Assembly: GCA_028534125.1 (NCBI GenBank) | Contig: CM052817.1 | Span: 32,800,001 to 32,864,000 of the forward strand | Reading direction: 5' to 3' | DNA from: Lama glama | Taxonomy: Eukaryota | DNA length: 64,000 nt | In this document: positions 62,552 to 64,000 of the stretch, in pieces | Layout of the letters: each line of letters starts with the position of its first letter | Position numbering within the stretch: position 1 is the stretch's first letter | Translations under genes and position numbers: made by a program | Notes under the pieces: generated by a model | Database searches by the model: none | What the model saw: the letters and a program-made list of their open reading frames with translations, nothing else | What the model was told of the DNA's origin: nothing

Positions 62552-62648
62552 TTTTTTTTTAAATTTTTATTTTAAATGGAGACGCTGAGGATTGAATCCA
62601 GGACCTGGCGCGTGCTAAGCACACATTCTACCACTGAGCTATACCCCC
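62552..62648 (-). mobile_element. tRNA-Ala-derived SINE
   Basis: Minus body GGGGGTATAGCTCAGTGGTAGAATGTGTGCTTAGCACGCGCCAGGTCCTGGATTCAATCCTCAGCGTCTCCA plus A-rich tail. Confidence 0.82.
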
Positions 62649-64000
62649 AAGACTTCATGTAGTTAAGGAGGGGTTAGTTAAGTGTACTGCATCATATTAA
62701 ATAAGACAACTTTCATAGGTCAGTTATTATGTCATCCTGTTAAATCAACCCAAATCACCTTAGACAAAGGTGTCATGAAGTTCAGCTTTCGGAGTGACTG
62801 AAATCCCATGCTTGAGGCTATTTCTTTAACAAGGTAGGCGCTGGTTTCTGATGGGTTGCACAGTCTCCTATTATTGGGGCTGTCACCCTGGGAAAAATCC
62901 GATCTCTCTCGTATCATTTTGACTTTGGGCCCCTTTTCCAGAAATGAAACCTGCCACAAGTTGGGGAAATGCCCACATAGCCACATACGCCGGAGATATT
63001 CACAACCCTTCCCAGTCCCCAGAGGGGCGGCACACAGGCTCCTAACAGTCATTACAGACCTACTCTCAAAACCCGTCTCTCATTGACAGGGCTTCTGAAC
63101 AGGCTGATTATTTTAATCTTGTTGAATTAATTCTACTGAACGACAAACTTCCATGTATACCTTAAGTCCCCTTTCAAAGCACGTTGACATTTCTGGTAGT
63201 TCTGAAGAGCTCTGCGTGGCTGCCTTGAGAGATGACCTGCAGCTGGCTGCTGGTTGTTTTCACCAGCTGTCAGGTGGCAGAGTCCCCAGGAGCCAGCTGC
63301 GCCTGAGACCACAGTGACAGTGACTGCTGGGGGGCTCATTTTCCAAACGAGGAGAAAACAAGGCTACCCTACACGCACGGAAAGGTGGCACCAGAGCCCG
63401 GCTGGGAGTTCAGAATAGCCAGCAGCTTTTCTGTTAATATCTGCTTGTTTCTTGTTTGTTCTTCTTGGGGCGCTATACATGTGGAAGCAGCAAAGGTAAG
63501 AAAACACAGGGTAGATATCAACTTATGGCGGGAAAAGTTGGATCTGCTTACTTTATTTGTCTTTGAATTGAGAGAAGATGACCATCATTTGATTTTCGCA
63601 GGGAATCATATCCCCCTGCACAGTTTTGAGAAGCAATGAACCAGTTCGGCATTTCAGAGAGAGCCAAATGGAGGCCCAGATGCTCCAAGACGGGCTGCAG
63701 GCTGATCCCACTTATCTTCCGGGATGTGTGCCTGATGTCCCGCCAGCCCTGCACCTCGCTTCCCTCCACACTCTGCGCCTCTGTTCTCCAGTGCAGCGAT
63801 GTATGTGCGTTGGGGGGAGGGGGGGGTTCTACCTGATGCAGCTGCAGCAGAGGCCCAGGGCTTCCCCAAGATCACCTGGAAGGCTTCCTGGAGGGGCAGA
63901 CCAAGAAGGAAGCTGTGAGGGACCACAGTGAGCTGCGTTCTTTCTGCTCCTTTCTGAATCTTACCCCAGGTCCAGTCTTGCTGCTGGTTTTACAGAGAGT

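Noticed and set aside
7821..62648. Genuine tRNA-Ala genes
   Set aside because: The copies have stem mismatches, A-rich tails and TSDs, indicating retroposed SINEs. Only 21778-21849 is flagged for follow-up.
14856..62648. Orientation bias of SINEs within SCFD2 (9 sense, 3 antisense)
   Set aside because: Too few copies to distinguish from chance.
63526..63567. E2F-like TGGCGGGAAA and CHR-like TTTGAA motifs
   Set aside because: Isolated short motifs deep in an intron with no CpG-island or promoter context.
1..64000. CRISPR arrays, operons or other prokaryotic/viral systems
   Set aside because: The sequence is intron-rich mammalian DNA. I saw no repeat-spacer arrays or long intact foreign ORFs.

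Overview
Mammalian genomic DNA, most likely camelid (alpaca/camel-type), inferred from about 13 tRNA-Ala(AGC)-derived short SINEs. The window holds the complete four-exon RASL11B gene on the + strand (CpG-island promoter, spliced CDS 3191-3332/3961-4017/5180-5256/6029-6499 = 248 aa, AATAAA at 7513). Converging on it from the - strand are the last four coding exons of SCFD2 (53079-53224, 40581-40715, 25526-25645, 15153-15245). The rest is intron and intergenic sequence rich in SINE, L1, L2, MIR, LTR and DNA-transposon fossils, with a 500-N gap at 19945-20444. I found no evidence of a new multi-gene system. The most notable signals are in splice architecture: an in-frame competing donor that would delete the P-loop GKT of RASL11B, exon starts that rebuild strong 5' splice sites, and a GC-AG intron. 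Also notable are a perfect 171-bp tandem duplication, a complex L1 junction with an inverted copy of its target site, and a tRNA-length SINE followed by a Pol III terminator. Repeat boundaries and family names were read by eye and are approximate. Gene identities rest on recalled human protein sequences, not a database search.
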